From the human T2T-CHM13v2.0 reference genome, Homo sapiens, in assembly GCF_009914755.1 (NCBI RefSeq), contig NC_060926.1: DNA of 64,000 bases, one strand, 5' to 3'. Below, piece after piece: positions 13,811 through 28,360 of this stretch. A program made the translations under genes and the position numbers. Position 1 is the first letter of the stretch. Each line of letters opens with the position of its first letter. The notes beneath the pieces were generated by a model. It ran no database searches. It was given only the letters and a program-made list of their open reading frames with translations, and was not told the DNA's origin.

Positions 13811-15399
13811 TATATTTTCCTAAAGTTGAATATATGAAACTTAAAAGACCATCTATTGTTATAAATATGCTTTCTCTATTCTTCTAATATAAAGATTCCT
13901 TTTACTTTTTGAATTTTTGTGGTGAGGAAATGGCAGATTCTTCATTTTTTATGCTTGGCAACTGTATGTCAGCCTCTCCTCACTTTGTTTGGATTATTTT
14001 GGTGCATGAAATCAAGGGGACTGAGAACCACTGTACTGGCCAAAGATGAGGAGACCTGCAGTCAGCCCAGGGACCTTGGGTCTTAATCCTAATGAGGCAA
14101 TTAAGTAAGTCAGAAACAAGTAAGTCTGTTTACTTATCTTGGTAGTATTTTTCTTACATATAGAAATGGGCTTTACACTAGAGCTTATTCAAGCTCTCCA
14201 TAGTTCAAAATATAGACCCCCAGACTGGCAAAATTATCAGTCATGATAAAGTGTTTCCGTTTTCTAAAATGTCTGTCAATAATTTTTTTTTTGTAAAGAA
14301 CTTTTTCCACCTTTGGTCATGTGCTGAAAGACAACATCTATGAGAACACTTCACTACCAAAATAATGGCACATTAGTAAACCTCTTGATCACAGTGTGGT
14401 GGCTGTTACTAGTTTATAAGTGGTGCTTGAGGCACTTTTCAGCAATGTGCTAAGTATTTAGAACCTTCATAAGGCAGAGAGAGAGAGAGAGAGAGAGGGA
14501 AAGGGAGAGCATTGGGATAGGGGGAAGAGAATATGAGAGAGGTCTGGCCTCTTCTCTTCCCCGTTTGTATTTCTCCTCCTTTTCATCTATCTAATCTTGC
14601 AGAATCCTTCTTAAAATTAAACAGATGTCCTGTTCTAACCAAAAGCTAGATACACAAAGACCAAGAAATAAGTGATGAGCTTCAGGAATGCACTTCGGGA
14701 CATGTAAAATAGAAAAGCTTTATAGTAATGTAATGTGTTGATTTTATTTTTCCCCAGATACTTACAAGTTAAAGAAATATAATTTAAGAAAATTACAGCA
14801 CAGTCTCAGGTGACATTTAAGAATTAGACAGGTGAACTTGTTTATTTTTGTGGTCTGTCAATGCATTAAAAACTAAATTCAGAAAACTATTTTCTAAGAC
14901 TTTGGTTATGAATATAGACGTTAAAAAACACTCTTGGGAAAACCAACCTGCAAGTGAAGGTCATTTACAGTGAGTTACTGAAAAAGAATGTGAGGGGAAA
15001 AATCTATAGGTCACTATCAAGTAATAAGCACATCCCCTCCCATCAAAATTGCTTTTTAAGCTCATATCCATCAGAAACATATTATATATTATTCCTTTTA
15101 TCATAGTGCAAAATTAATAGATTAAAACATGTACATTTTAGTTTTTACTGAGGAGGAGCCAGTATGAGAAAAACTTTGAGCTTAATAAATACAAATACAC
15201 ACAAACACACATATATAAGTTGTGGTATATAATGTGATATATATGTATATATTCAGTAGAGTATTAAGAACAGAATGAGGAGAGTCTTTGGGAAATATCA
15301 GAAATAGAATGACTTTAATTTTAACAATGAGTCTATAGGAATTAATGACATACATATCATAATTATTTTGCATCTTATTTTAGTTAAAAAAATGTGCAG

Positions 15400-16330
15400 T
15401 CCGAGTAAGACCTTTGTTCCACACACGTGTGTGCTGTGCATATTCTTTCTAAGTGGACTAGTTTTGTTCTCATGCCATGGGAGCAGGTGGCATGAAGCTG
15501 TTTTGATGAGGTTAAAAGGCTCCTCCCCTCTCTCCCCAAGCAGCAGCCTGAAGTACGTCAGCAGTAATTGTGTGCATGGCTCGGCTGTGCAGGGAGGGTG
15601 GAGGCAAAATTGATATCAAATAAGGGTATCAAACTGAGATCTAGATGTTCCATTTAAGTTGTTGTTCATTTTCATTAGCCACGCCAGGGGTGAAATGCTT
15701 ATAACTTAACCATTCTCTGTAGTAAGAACATTTGTTTTCAATGGATTTATATTTTTCCTCTCCATAAAGACTGAATTAGTGCTATAGTGAATATAAATGA
15801 AGGGTGTTTCTTTACCCTCTTTTCCTTTTATTATTTACTAATCAGACTTCAGCTCAGTTAGATAAAAGAGAGAGGTTCTGTTGCCTAGATGTGAGGCCTT
15901 TAATGAGGATGGGAGCCCCCAGGGAGCCGAAATCCAAAGTAGAACGATGCCGCTTTCCGGTTTCTTGCAATTTCTTCAGTTGCTTCTCCCTTTTCCAATG
16001 GGCCTAGTGAGCAGGAACTATCCAAGGTGCTAGAACGCTGGCAGCCTTGCCGTTCAATGCAGACGGATTGCAGAAACAGAGAAGAAAGATTACTGCTTAT
16101 TTCAGAAGGTAGGTTCTTTGTTTCAGAATCCCTGATTAATCAGCAGCAGCTTCAACAGACTAAGGCAGCTGGAGAGGAGAAAGAGAAGCAGGAAGGGAGG
16201 GAGTCAGGGGCAGGGAGGGAGGGAGGGAGTGGAGGGAGAGAGAATGAGAGAGAGAGAGCTGGTTGTCACGGGGGAGGGACTATGCCACAAGCTGGGCTGC
16301 TCCAAACCTTCTGTATGTAAGTGGCAATGA
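15400..16330 (+). promoter_or_regulatory. NYAP2: Probable NYAP2 promoter / alternative first-exon region (no clear CpG island)
   Basis: Repeat-free and locally higher in GC/CpG; E-box cacgtg at ~15424, CRE-like tacgtca at ~15554, GGGA tract; two donor sites (AAG|gtaggt at 16109, TAT|gtaagt at 16317) upstream of the acceptor at 16413. Confidence 0.6.
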
Positions 16331-16413
16331 GAAAGAGCATCTTTTTGGCTGAAAGGAGACATTTAGAAAGGATGTTTCTGATTTTTTGTTTTCATTTATT
16401 TTTGTCTTCGCAG

Positions 16414-16893
16414 AATATAATCAAATGAGGTACATTAGCCAGCTTGGTGATTGCTTCTGGTCCTGTAATCATCTGTGTAGCAAAGTGGGTAAAATCATTC
16501 AATTTCTTCCCTGCTGGACCTGGAAGGAGAGGGGCTGTGTGTTCATCCCCACCCATTAGCTATGCCCTCTTTTCTCCGAATGTCGATTTAAGGAAGCAAG
16601 CACCTGTCTTCCGCCACTGCATCTTCCTAGCAAACTTTAAAGGCCATTTTATCTGATAGGAAGGACATCGAGAATGCTCTGATCTAGTGATGAAGAATCT
16701 GGGAGTCGACACTTTTCCCATCCAGACACAATGCACTTTAATTGAAGAAACACTGAGCTGAACTACAAGTCTATTTCTTATGGTGCTGGATTACTCCTAC
16801 AGAACTGCCCTGAGATCAACCGTGAGAGAGGGCTCTGACAGACACAAGTCACCTTCTTATTGCACTTAGCTCTCCCTGGGGACTTAAATTTTG
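16414..16893 (+). other. NYAP2: Non-coding 5'UTR exon of NYAP2
   Basis: Strong acceptor ttttttgttttcatttatttttgtcttcgcag (ends 16413) and donor TTG|gtatgt (16894). The 3' boundary is more certain than the 5', since some transcripts may initiate inside the exon. Confidence 0.7.
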
Positions 16894-19800
16894 GTATGTA
16901 TCTCATTTTTCAGATTCTCTAAGCATGCTAATCGAATCCAGCACTGAATAGATCAAGCAATCTGGTGATAAAATGGAATGGATTTTAGTTAGGGATACTT
17001 AATGCTGAAGTTTGCATGCCTTATTAGGTGGAGCAGAAATAAAGCCACAGTGAAGGCATCCAGGGCTTTAGTGAGCCTGAGGCTATTTTTACTCCCTTAC
17101 CCACTTAGTTACATTACCATGGAAATGGTTAAACTAGATTTTCATTAGTAAAATAAGCCATGTTGAATTATTAAAGCTTTGAAAATGTTTTCCAGGGTAT
17201 TAATTGGCATTCAAGTTGTGCATGCTAGCTATTTATCCGCTATTCCATACCATAAATATTTTACAACTGTCTCTTAGCACATTTATGTCAGCAGTGAGAG
17301 CCCAATTTTACATTCTCAGGAGAAAAGACACAGTATCCCCCAAAATTCAAAACTACCAGACAAACAGCAAAGCCGACACTGCTTCTTCCTGACTGATTAG
17401 ACATAAACCTCTTTGAGAAACATTTTTTAATACTATTCAATGTCAGAAAGATTTTATTAGTCTCATCACAATAAATATTTTCTGTAAAACTTTAGGTGGA
17501 CTTGTTTTACTTGGGACATGTTCTTATTTTGTTGGGGTGTCTCCATCCTAATTTTTCCAACTACTCAGCAATATTTTAAATACAAGACATGTGAGTATTT
17601 CATATCTGGAAAAACTATTACATAAAATAATATTTTTCACTATCATTGGGAAATACTAAAGTTCTTTTGGTACCATAGAATTGGATTTTTTTTTCTAAAT
17701 ATAGCCGAAAAATAATGAAATTCTGAAAAGCTTACATGATGTAGTTTTAGTCATTTTAACATCCAAGCATTTATAACCAAGTAGTGTGGAATAACAAATA
17801 TAGAGAAAGAGTGAAAATTAACTCTCTTCCTAATTCTTCACATTTTAGACAATGTTCTCATTTATTTTATATATTGTCAAGCACTAATTACACAAATTAA
17901 TGAGAAAATGTGGTCCACAAATGCAGAAATTATTTTGTTTTCCTATGGAAAGTGCAACATACATGAGCCAACTCAGCAAAGAAAGGGACTATGTGAAGGA
18001 CATAGACAGTTTAGAGAATTAGTGGAAACAGACCAGAGGAAAATATTACAACTGCACAAGGGACAGTGGAGAAGCCTGAGGACTTGAAGCATCTGTCAAG
18101 TTTAGAAAGAGAAGTGTAAAAATCCTAGACACAAGAAGGTTGGTTATTGTTTAAAAAAATAAATAAATTATAGACTCCCAATTCAATTAGATGGTTCCCA
18201 CTGTAGCTCCAGTCAGCAATTTATTAGACTGACTACATCTACTTTGCAAATAATGCCTTGTAAGCATCTGGAACCATTTGGCCCAAGCCTCCAAAAAGTA
18301 TCTCAGCCACTGGCATTTTGCATGAGTCTCCAATATTAATGGAAATGTACAATCTCTTTACACCATGGGCAAACAGCACCATGACAACCTGGAAGATGAG
18401 GGGGAGATACCAATTCATGATGCTACTGCATTAACACGATTTATGCCTATCTTACTCATTTTGGGAAGAGAGATAGTGGAGAAAAACTCACTGCAAAGTA
18501 ATCTGCTTTCTGAGAAAAAAGCAATCAGTGTCTTTGTAGTCACTTTAGCAAGCTTTCTTGGTTGTAGCTTCAACATTTCCCATTTTGGGCAGAACAGCTG
18601 CATTTTGATGACACTGAGAATGAGAAAATGAGTGTGACCATTTGTGGGGTAGGGAGTAGGATTTCAAGCATAATCAAAGTGAAATTATAGGAGTAATGCT
18701 TGACAAATTATAAGATTTTATCAGAAAAAAATTTTGACATGGTTTACATGTGTTATGGGTTATAACCAGGCTAGTCTGATGATTTGGTCCTATGTGAAGT
18801 CAGCAAATTTTAAATATTAATTTGCATATGTATTTTACATATGTATCAGAAGCCTGATTATTTAAATCCTTACATTTTCATACACAATGTGTTTTCAAAT
18901 TGGTTTGAGTACATGCAAAAGTTGTAAAAGATTTTTTTCTCCTGCTAAACAAAAACAACAAAAAATAGTCAAAATTGCCTTGGGAAACTTTTATTGGATC
19001 AATACTACTAGAAAAAAAGTAGGATTCTCTACCTCAAAGAAGATGCAATGATTGGAGTAGGAAGGAAACTCAAATCTTAATAACTCAAATTCTAATAACT
19101 TCCTCACAGCATTGAGACAGGTGTGGTTTAAAGAGCTCAGAAATATATAAAGGTGGAGACTAGAAAACTTTACCCTCTGCAAATAAAATAAAAACACAAA
19201 TGTGAAGTACAATAAAAGTAAAATATTTAGGTTTCCATCAGGACATTTGTTCCATTCTATGTATTGTGTTCTTCTGGCTGGTCACAATTAGCATTATAAT
19301 AATCGCACAAAATAAACTATCTTATTATAGCTATAAGATTATCTTGTAGGATTAACTGTGGCCTAAAATTAAGGAAGCTTCTCATAGAGCTTCAGGTATT
19401 AAGATTAGGAAGCCATTCTTTCCCAAAACAGAGCCTTTTCTCCCTCCACCACTTAGTATATGTGGCAAATAACCAAATTAACAGAGGTGTCACAACTTTA
19501 TATCTTGGAAAATAAAAGTTTCAGATGGAGAATAGCTCCATATCAGAAATTCCAGATAAATACCTTAATAAAAGATAAAAGGACCTGTGCCTATGAAGGC
19601 TACTGGACTAACTTACTCAGATGATACTAGTACCTATAAAACTCTGCTTTTGGTAAATGGAGATAAATTGCCCATTGGAAGCCTCTGCCTGACAAATCAG
19701 TGTACATGTCCATTCTAGTCAGTCCTTATAGAGCTAGAGTGGTTGATATCACAATGTATGAAATTACACTCATGAAGAAATTTGCTCTGAAGCAAAGAGA

Positions 19801-22800
19801 AAAGAAATGCTTAACCATGTATGAGAAGGAAGATGGCATGCCTAATATTTATCTGACTCTTTGTACACCCTTGATTCAACAGTATCTTGGAATTAATCGA
19901 AAGCCCTCTATACCTTGGGGAACTCAATCTTGATATTAGTTGGTGCTACATTAAATACCCTCTGGTAGATTGAGACCACACGCAATTGATACCTTAATTT
20001 ACAATGAGAATAGCCCACATAAATCTATAATCTTAGTTTGATTCTTTTGCATACACCTCTTTCTCAAAAATGCTGCTTTTTTTTAAGCTTCAGAACTAAG
20101 GGTCACATAGTGTCTTAGCTTCTTGACTTCTCTGGATGGAAGCAGTAGCAGGAAACTATAGAAAAAGAAAAAACGAGTTGTTTTTTAAATGTTTTAATGT
20201 TTCTATGAATTCCATTTTGACATAGCAGACTTAGCTTATGCTCCACATGTGTATATAATGGGTAGTTTTATTTCAGTGGAAACAATTGTAAAGAAATGGA
20301 ATGCTACTTTAAGCTCTAGGTTCAGCATTGGAAAAGTATAATGATGGCCTTGCACAAAAGAAAATAAGAAAATTGTTAACTCAATAAACAGTTAAATGCT
20401 TAGTATTTAACTTATGGTAAGAATTAAACCAGTTTGATTTGGTGCAATTTAGCTGGGTGGAATGAAATTTCAAATTTTGGAAAGTGTCACAGTATTATAC
20501 AAAGTGATCTTTGTGAAGGGTGTGGTCAACATGATGTAAATAACAAAGTGAAAAAATAAAATAAAGCTGAACAATTAACCATACAGCTGTGTGAAAGTCA
20601 ACATCTTTAACTTATATTAGAATGGTGATGATTCTAGATACAGTAATCTAAAAACTTAAACAAAAAGAGTCTTTTGTGAATGCAGAATACCACAGTGGAG
20701 GAAAGGCAGAGAGGGAGGATGTAAAGGTATCTGTAGATTGTATAGGAAATCCGATGTTGGTGATTTTAGGTGCCTTCCCAGGAGGGTCCCTGACACAAAT
20801 TTTAAATGTTGGCCACAAATTTCAAGGAATGCACACACAGTGTTGCACTACTTGTATCAACATTGTGCATTGCAAAGAGAACACATCTGTCTTCTAAATG
20901 AAGACCATGGATGCTCATTTTCAACCAATGCTCAGGGAGCAGGGAAGGGGCTAAAATATCTAATTTGTTTTGAGCAAAAATGGCAACAGACTCAATGAAC
21001 TCAATTAAAGGGATGAACTCAATTAAAAGGGATGCCTGTAGAAAAGCCAGAGTTCCACCTTAATCTCACCCACTCTGTTGTCACAAATACCTCATGCACC
21101 AGTTAATGGTCCAGTAAGCCAGTTTCCCTTACTTACTGAGACAGAGCTAAAGATGCTACCTGGAGGAGAGGGGACATTTGCCTCTTAACAAATAGGGTCT
21201 TCTAGGATGCTGACATAGGATTAGATGTTCAAGGCAAGTCTTTATAAAATTCTTGCATACATAATTGTCATTTAAGGGCCTGACATAAACTTGACTTAAT
21301 ATCTAACAGTCAAAATGCAGCCAAGTTTTTGGTGGTTTACAACATATGTTATTCAATATCTATCTTAGGTGTAAATATAAATTTCTGAAAAACAAAGAGA
21401 TTTATGGTTGTACTCGTCTGTGGGTTCTCACTGCTTTGAATTGGTAGCTGTTGTAATGAAGTAGACAATGAACATAAGGTTCTCTTTTCTCTAGTGAGGC
21501 CATGAATCTATTTACTCATAGTTCAGTTGTCTGAGAAACACTTTGGGCTTGGAAGGGTGGAGACCTAGGGTTTGAGAGATGGGATGAGTTTCGTGGTCCA
21601 TATGTCCCAGTTTCCTTATTTTCTAGATGTGGACAATGGGGGACAATGGTTATGTGGAGCTGTCCATATAGATTTGATTGGGGGAAGAATGTATCAACTC
21701 CTAACCTGGCCTCCATTTACACATTTACACATGCAATTTTAAGGAAGTTGCACTACAATAAACATTGTACTCACCTTTGTTTCAAAGTAAAATTACATTT
21801 ATCAAGGGGTTATATTATTATTAAATATAATTCTAGCCACATTTAAGAATTGGGAAACTAACAGTAATGTTAGTGACTATTAATTATAGTTAAATTTATG
21901 GAATACTTTTATGCATTTCTAACTCAATACTCACAACATGGGTCTATTCCAACCACTATTTTTTTTTTTAATTTGGAAATTGAAGTTTAAAAACAGTAAT
22001 TAACTTGTATGAAGTTTTAGAGCTAGAGGTGCCTTCACTGGGGTTTCTAGGCCATTCTGCCAGCCTCCTTATCCATGCCCTTCAGGACAGCCTCACAGCC
22101 TCCTCAATATTACAAACTATTATACTTTTTACATGTGGACAAGTAAACAAAGAGGTGTGATGTTTAGACATTGACAGGGCCTGTGACCGTTTTCGGAGAC
22201 TAACACGACTGTTGAAAAATATTTCTTGTTCACCCTTAAAAACAGTGAAAATAAAACATGTATGACCAACTAGTGAAGTCCACCTAAATCAACACTAGTC
22301 ACAAGTATTGCAATTATTTATTTATTTTGCTCTAACACTGCCACGAAGACATCTAGAGGGACACAATTCTGCCTTCATTAGGGCTTTTCATAACACGTGC
22401 TCAACAAATACTTGAAAAAAAAGAATGGTCATGGAATTTAATACTTTTCTAGAATTAGGTGGCAGGAGCATGTGTACAAACATTTATTCAATTTTCATTA
22501 CTTTGAAGTTTTACTAGATGTGATGGTTCATTTTCATCTCAAAAAATTTGATCTCCTTTTTGTTTTTAAAAAATGCATCTTTCTATAGTGTAAATACTTT
22601 ATAATATTATTAGTTAATAATTTCTCAGAACAAAAATAATTTAAATTCCAGCCAATTTGAAAGACCACTTAGGAAGGTAATTAACTTTCAGAGGTAAACA
22701 AATAAACTTATTGATATTTGGAATATAGAAACTGCGTAGGAATCTCTGGTGTCATTTTGGTTGGAGGAAAACTTAAGGAAAAAAATTAAAACCTTTGGGT

Positions 22801-24637
22801 AATAATGCCTTATTCAATTGGGAAATATACAATTTTGCTAGAGGGCAAAGAAGGAGTGATCATCTTCCAGCCGGAGGCATTATCTCTAGAATTCTTGTAA
22901 TAGTGACTTGGCTTGCTTAACTTGGGTAGAATTAATTGTCGTGAAGTTATGCTGATCTTTTTTATCCAGGCACTCCTAGTGCAAAAGTCCTTGGTAGAAG
23001 TGAATTCCTGACAATGGCAATGCTTTAGCTCTCTGAGAATCATTTTCTTGTATTTTTCCCCAAATTGCAATCATTTGTAGCATTAATTTACTATTCTTCA
23101 TGTCCATCATGTAAGCATCTAATCTGATGGACTGATAGTAAAATACAATTCAATTACACCAGATAGTTGGAATTAAAAGTCCATTTCATTTGCTAACCCA
23201 TTACAGCTTAACATAAAACAAAACATACAAAAACTTAACATAAAAATCAAGAGTCAATAAACAACCTTATCTAGACTCCAGTTTCAATAATTTCTTAGAT
23301 AGGAGAGAAAAATCCTTAAATTCAGGATGGGTTCCAAATCAAATATGGATTGACTGGCAGCTGAAATGCTAATAAAGTCTGATGAGAAGTAAAATTTCCA
23401 TAGTTATTATCCAGGTTTTGGAACATGATTATACCTGTAAAAAAATCAGAATGAAAATTATTTGTAATTGAAAAAGTGAAAGTCTGGGAGTTTTACATCA
23501 AATAGTTGGGCTGATATTTAATAATATCTTTCTAAGTTTTGTAAAGAAAGTAAAACATGCAAGGGAATTGATAACTTTTGAATGGAGAAATTTTTCCCCT
23601 TGTTAATTGACTTTGCTTTTGGTTTTTTAATCTGACTCAATTATACCAGTTTCTTATACCACAATTAATATGCAATTAGGACAGTAAGCCTTCCTTCCAT
23701 CCATCTGTCCATCTACCCATCTAGCCACACATATCCATTTGACATTACTATTGCTGCCAGTTCATACTTTTTAATGATAATATTAGCTAATAGTATTATA
23801 TACTTACTATTGTTGAACTCTATTCTAAATTATTTACAGTCTTCATCTCTCATAATCTTCACATCAGCAGGAGGTAGGAGTTATTACTAGCATCATTTTA
23901 CGGTTGAGAGTAATATATACTAGTTGAAATTCCTATGCTTTTTTGTTTTGTTTTGATTTAATTTTGGTTTCTCAGTAATCTTTTCTGAGGCTCAAGTTTT
24001 GAAAACTTCATGTAACAATGAGACAACAGTTGTCAATGCTTGAATTACCAGACTGGTCAGGACTAATGTGGTCCTAGTGACCTATGATATGTTAGTTGTA
24101 GTATGAAGGCATTATGGAGGAACATTATGGAAAGAAATGAAGAGTTAAAAAGGATTCTTTTCTAGAAAAGTTATATTAGAAATGTGTTTTTCTTTTACTA
24201 CTACTATATTTTGCATACATAGTTCAGATTCATACATTTTAATTTCAAAAACTAAGGAAAGCACATATATGTACAAAAGTTCTTTCCAAATAATTACATC
24301 ATTTTACTTGAAATTGAACAGAAAAGTCTTTATGGCAATCAGAAATACATGAAGTTTGGATCTTATATACCTTCTTTGTGTGAAAACACATTTTAAGAAA
24401 CAAAATTATTATTGTAATTATGCAACCAAATGTTTAACTTTGCATACAGTATTTACCCCTTCCCATCATATTTTAGTTCAAGAGCTTTGACCTTTGTCCT
24501 GCTAGTGTTGCTGCTTTGAGAGAAGGTTTGCTATTCAGGTAGCACTTATTTAATATTTACTTCAAATATTGTGGTTGTAATTATTCTAGTGAGATATTTT
24601 CTCCAATCGGATTTGGCCATAATCATTGGAGTTTTGA

Positions 24638-24952
<315 letters not shown>

Positions 24953-27004
24953 TAAATATAAATAAAATTATTTTGAGTTTTGTGCACATGAGAAAGTCCA
25001 TGAGGGCTGCTAAAGTTGTGATGTTGTCACTTGGTCAGAAAAGGTCTTCCAGAGTCAGTTAGACTTGGTGAGAGCATATGAAAGCGACCCCTCAACTATA
25101 ACAAAAACACCACCCACACTGCCAACAGCATCCTTAGTTAACAAAAGTTATTTCCTTGTGTGTGTGCATATGCAGCTACAGACAGGATGGGGAAAAATTC
25201 AATTTCCTCTGAACAAAAGCTCATACTCAATAACCTCTTGGCAAAGACGCAAGGGAACACACAAACCTTTTAATAGCCCAAGATTGATGAAAATCCCTAC
25301 CTTTAATGGCCTTTGGTTATAGTTCTTACCTTTAAATAGAGCTCATCTTCTTTCTAGATTATGGCCAAGATACATCAATAATTATACTTACGTGAGCCTC
25401 TGAAGGCAGGTAGAATCCTCAGGGTGTGCTCTCCCTATGCAGACTTTTATGGCTGTTAAATTTCTTGTTTGTTACCAAGTGCCACAAGTTTGTTCAAATG
25501 GAATTACTTTTATGATGCAAAACCTACCAGCTACTAGCTGGTGAGCCCCAGATGGTGGCCTTCCAAATTGAGGTTAAATTTCCTAGAGCGCTGACACCAA
25601 AAGAAGAATGCATATCTTTTGATTTTTTAAAAAGAATGTTACAATGTTTTCAGTTTGCCTGTGTGTGTGTCTTCTGGTGGTACAGAGAGAGACACCTGTG
25701 TCAGATGGAGTCCTGTTTCTTCAAATAAAGTTCACTTACTAAGTGCAAAATCCAGAATATAGGGACTTAATCCATATCAATTAGCTTGATAACTGAATAA
25801 TAGTAATAATATGAAAGATATTTTGATGGTTAATTGGGAGATTTTTTCATCTAATCTGGCATTAATACTTTTGCTTATCATCTCTGAACGCTGTGATATT
25901 TAAAAAACCAAAATGTTCTCTTAAAATGAATTATTCATGCTTATAAAGAAGCTAGGTGAGATCACACTACTCCAATAACTTAATTAAAAATAACTTTATG
26001 GAGAGAGAGAGATGATTTGAAAGCAAAAAACTAGAAATAGAAAGGAATGGTGTACAAGATTGTTTTAAAAGAGAACTCTTTTTTCTCTGGACGATTAAAA
26101 TGAAAATATATTATCAGGTATAGAAATTGCATAATTGATCAACATTTTCACAATTGCATGTATTTATATTTAAAGTCAATTAATTTGTTGTTGAGGACTA
26201 TGTTATTTTGATTTCTAACCAATTTTAACTGGTGTCATGATTCTTTTCTAGAGTGTATAAATGCCTTCTTAGGACATTTTTTTTTTCTGTGAAGTATTTT
26301 TGATGGACATTTTTTTGTGTGTGAGCATTTAACTTTAGTTTTATGAATCTGAGTTTTCTAAAATTCAAAATACAACGGATGGCCTACATGTTTTTGAAAG
26401 TAACTTCAAAACTCTAAAATCTGAAGTTTGTAATCTTGGCATTAAAACTCAATAATAAATCCTTTTCTATAAGCATATAAATAAAATTATTTTCTGGATC
26501 ATTCCATTAGCTTTTACAGAACACCCAAAGTTTGCTTATCACTCTACTACTAGCTTCTGTATTTCATTAACAAGCTTCAGTAGGTTTCTATTTAAAGATT
26601 CATAGTTGTTAAGACAACAAAAATGGCTAATTTTTAGGTGCTTAACTGTCAAGCGTTCAAAAAGGGGCATAACCTCAGAGGACTAAAGTCCAAGGGACTT
26701 AGGAACAGAAATTTAGGTAGACGGAGACACAGCAAAACCCTGTCATTACATAATAAGTGAGGTCTAAGTAATCCATTTGTGTGAACTTTGAGTTGATTCC
26801 TGCTAGTCTGATAAAGCAATATTTTTCAGAACTATGTTAATAGCATAAAAGTAAAGATAACTCAGATCACACATTGAATTGAAGAAGTCCCACATGATCT
26901 GGAGACATTCACTTCTACTCACCCCATAAGCAGAAGATAAAATTTAAGTCCTACTTGAGAATAGAGCAAAAGACAGAAGTACATCCTTTTGTTGTGTCCT
27001 AACT

Positions 27005-28104
27005 GTTGAGAGATAATGTTGGTTTGCATTGGGATGATAGCAGTAAAGGTGGTGTAAAATAATCAAATTATGGACACCATTTGAATTTTCTGATTGATGA
27101 GATGCAGTAGTTGAGCAAGAGAAAAGAATTAATTAGAGGTGGCCCTCAGGTTTGTTCTGTTGTTGTTTTCTACTTTATTTTGTTTCTGCCTAAGCTAGCA
27201 GAATGATGTTTCCATTTAATGCAATGGCAAAGACTAAAAGGGGAGCAGGTTTAGCGTAACTGATGGGGGGGCAGGAGCTCAGCTTTGGTATGACGATTTT
27301 ATGAAGCCTTTTAAATGTCCAAGTGGAGATGATGGAAAGGCAGTTGAGTAAAGAATCTGGAGCTATGGTAGAATTCCAAGCCGAAGGTACAAATGTGAGA
27401 GTTGTAGTCTATAGATTTCACCATCATGAGCCAAGGACTTAAATTTAAATAGAGATGATAAAAAAAAAACCCAGGGTTGCCCCCTGGAGGCACCTGATTG
27501 CTCATATGATAGGAACAGTGGAAGAATTCAGTAAGAACGGTTAGTGAGAGGGGAGAACCACAAAGGAGTATGATGCCTTAGAGTGAAGTGTCAAAAGCGA
27601 TTAAAGAAGAGAGAGACATTTGGCTGATATATCAAATATGTTGAAGCCTGAGAACTGACCATTGCTTTTTACCACATTTGTGTTATTAATAAGAACAATT
27701 TCACTGAAGGGCTGGGAACAAAACTCAGTGGGATTATGTTCACAACAGAATGAAAATAAAGGATTTGAAGCATAATATAAATAATTATTTACAAATGATA
27801 TATTTATTATTTCTAAATAAATAATTTACAAATAATATTATATTATACTATAATAATATTATATCATCATTTATATATCATTTATCACTGCAACCTCTGC
27901 CTCCCAGGTTCAAGCGATTCTCCTGCCTCAGTCCCTCAGCTGGGACTACAGGCATGCACCACCATGCCCAGCTAATTTTTGTATTTTTAGTAGAGATGGG
28001 GTTTTACCATGTTGGCCAAGATGGTCTCTATCTCTTGACCTCATGATCCGCCTGCCTCAGCCTCCCAAAGTGCTGGGATTACAGGCGTGAGCCACTGCGC
28101 CCGG

Positions 28105-28149
<45 letters not shown>

Positions 28150-28360
28150 AATTTTGTTCCTGTAAGAAGGGAGAAAATCAGCATATTTAAAATGTGGTTG
28201 TGAATGATTACTGCAGAAAGAGAAATATTGATGACTTAGAGAAAGGGAAAAATTACTGTTAGAGTGTCCTTGAGTGGGTAGGAAAGGAGGCGTCTAGAAC
28301 ATTTTAGATGGAGCACGGACTGCTCAGCCCTGGTAAGAGGACATATGCCACATTATGTGG
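27005..28360 (-). mobile_element. L2 remnant interrupted by an AT-rich tract and an Alu
   Basis: L2-like motifs (aatgtccaagtggagatg..ggcagttg; gagaactgaccattg). Confidence 0.65.
27885..28105 (-). mobile_element. AluS (Sc-like) lacking its 3' end; T38 run at 28106-28143
   Basis: tcactgcaacctctgcc...gagccactgcgcccggc. Confidence 0.9.

Noticed and set aside
16027-16320. 97-aa Q/E/G/R-rich ORF at the promoter
   Set aside because: GTG start; its composition is explained by the CAG and GGGA/GA low-complexity tract.
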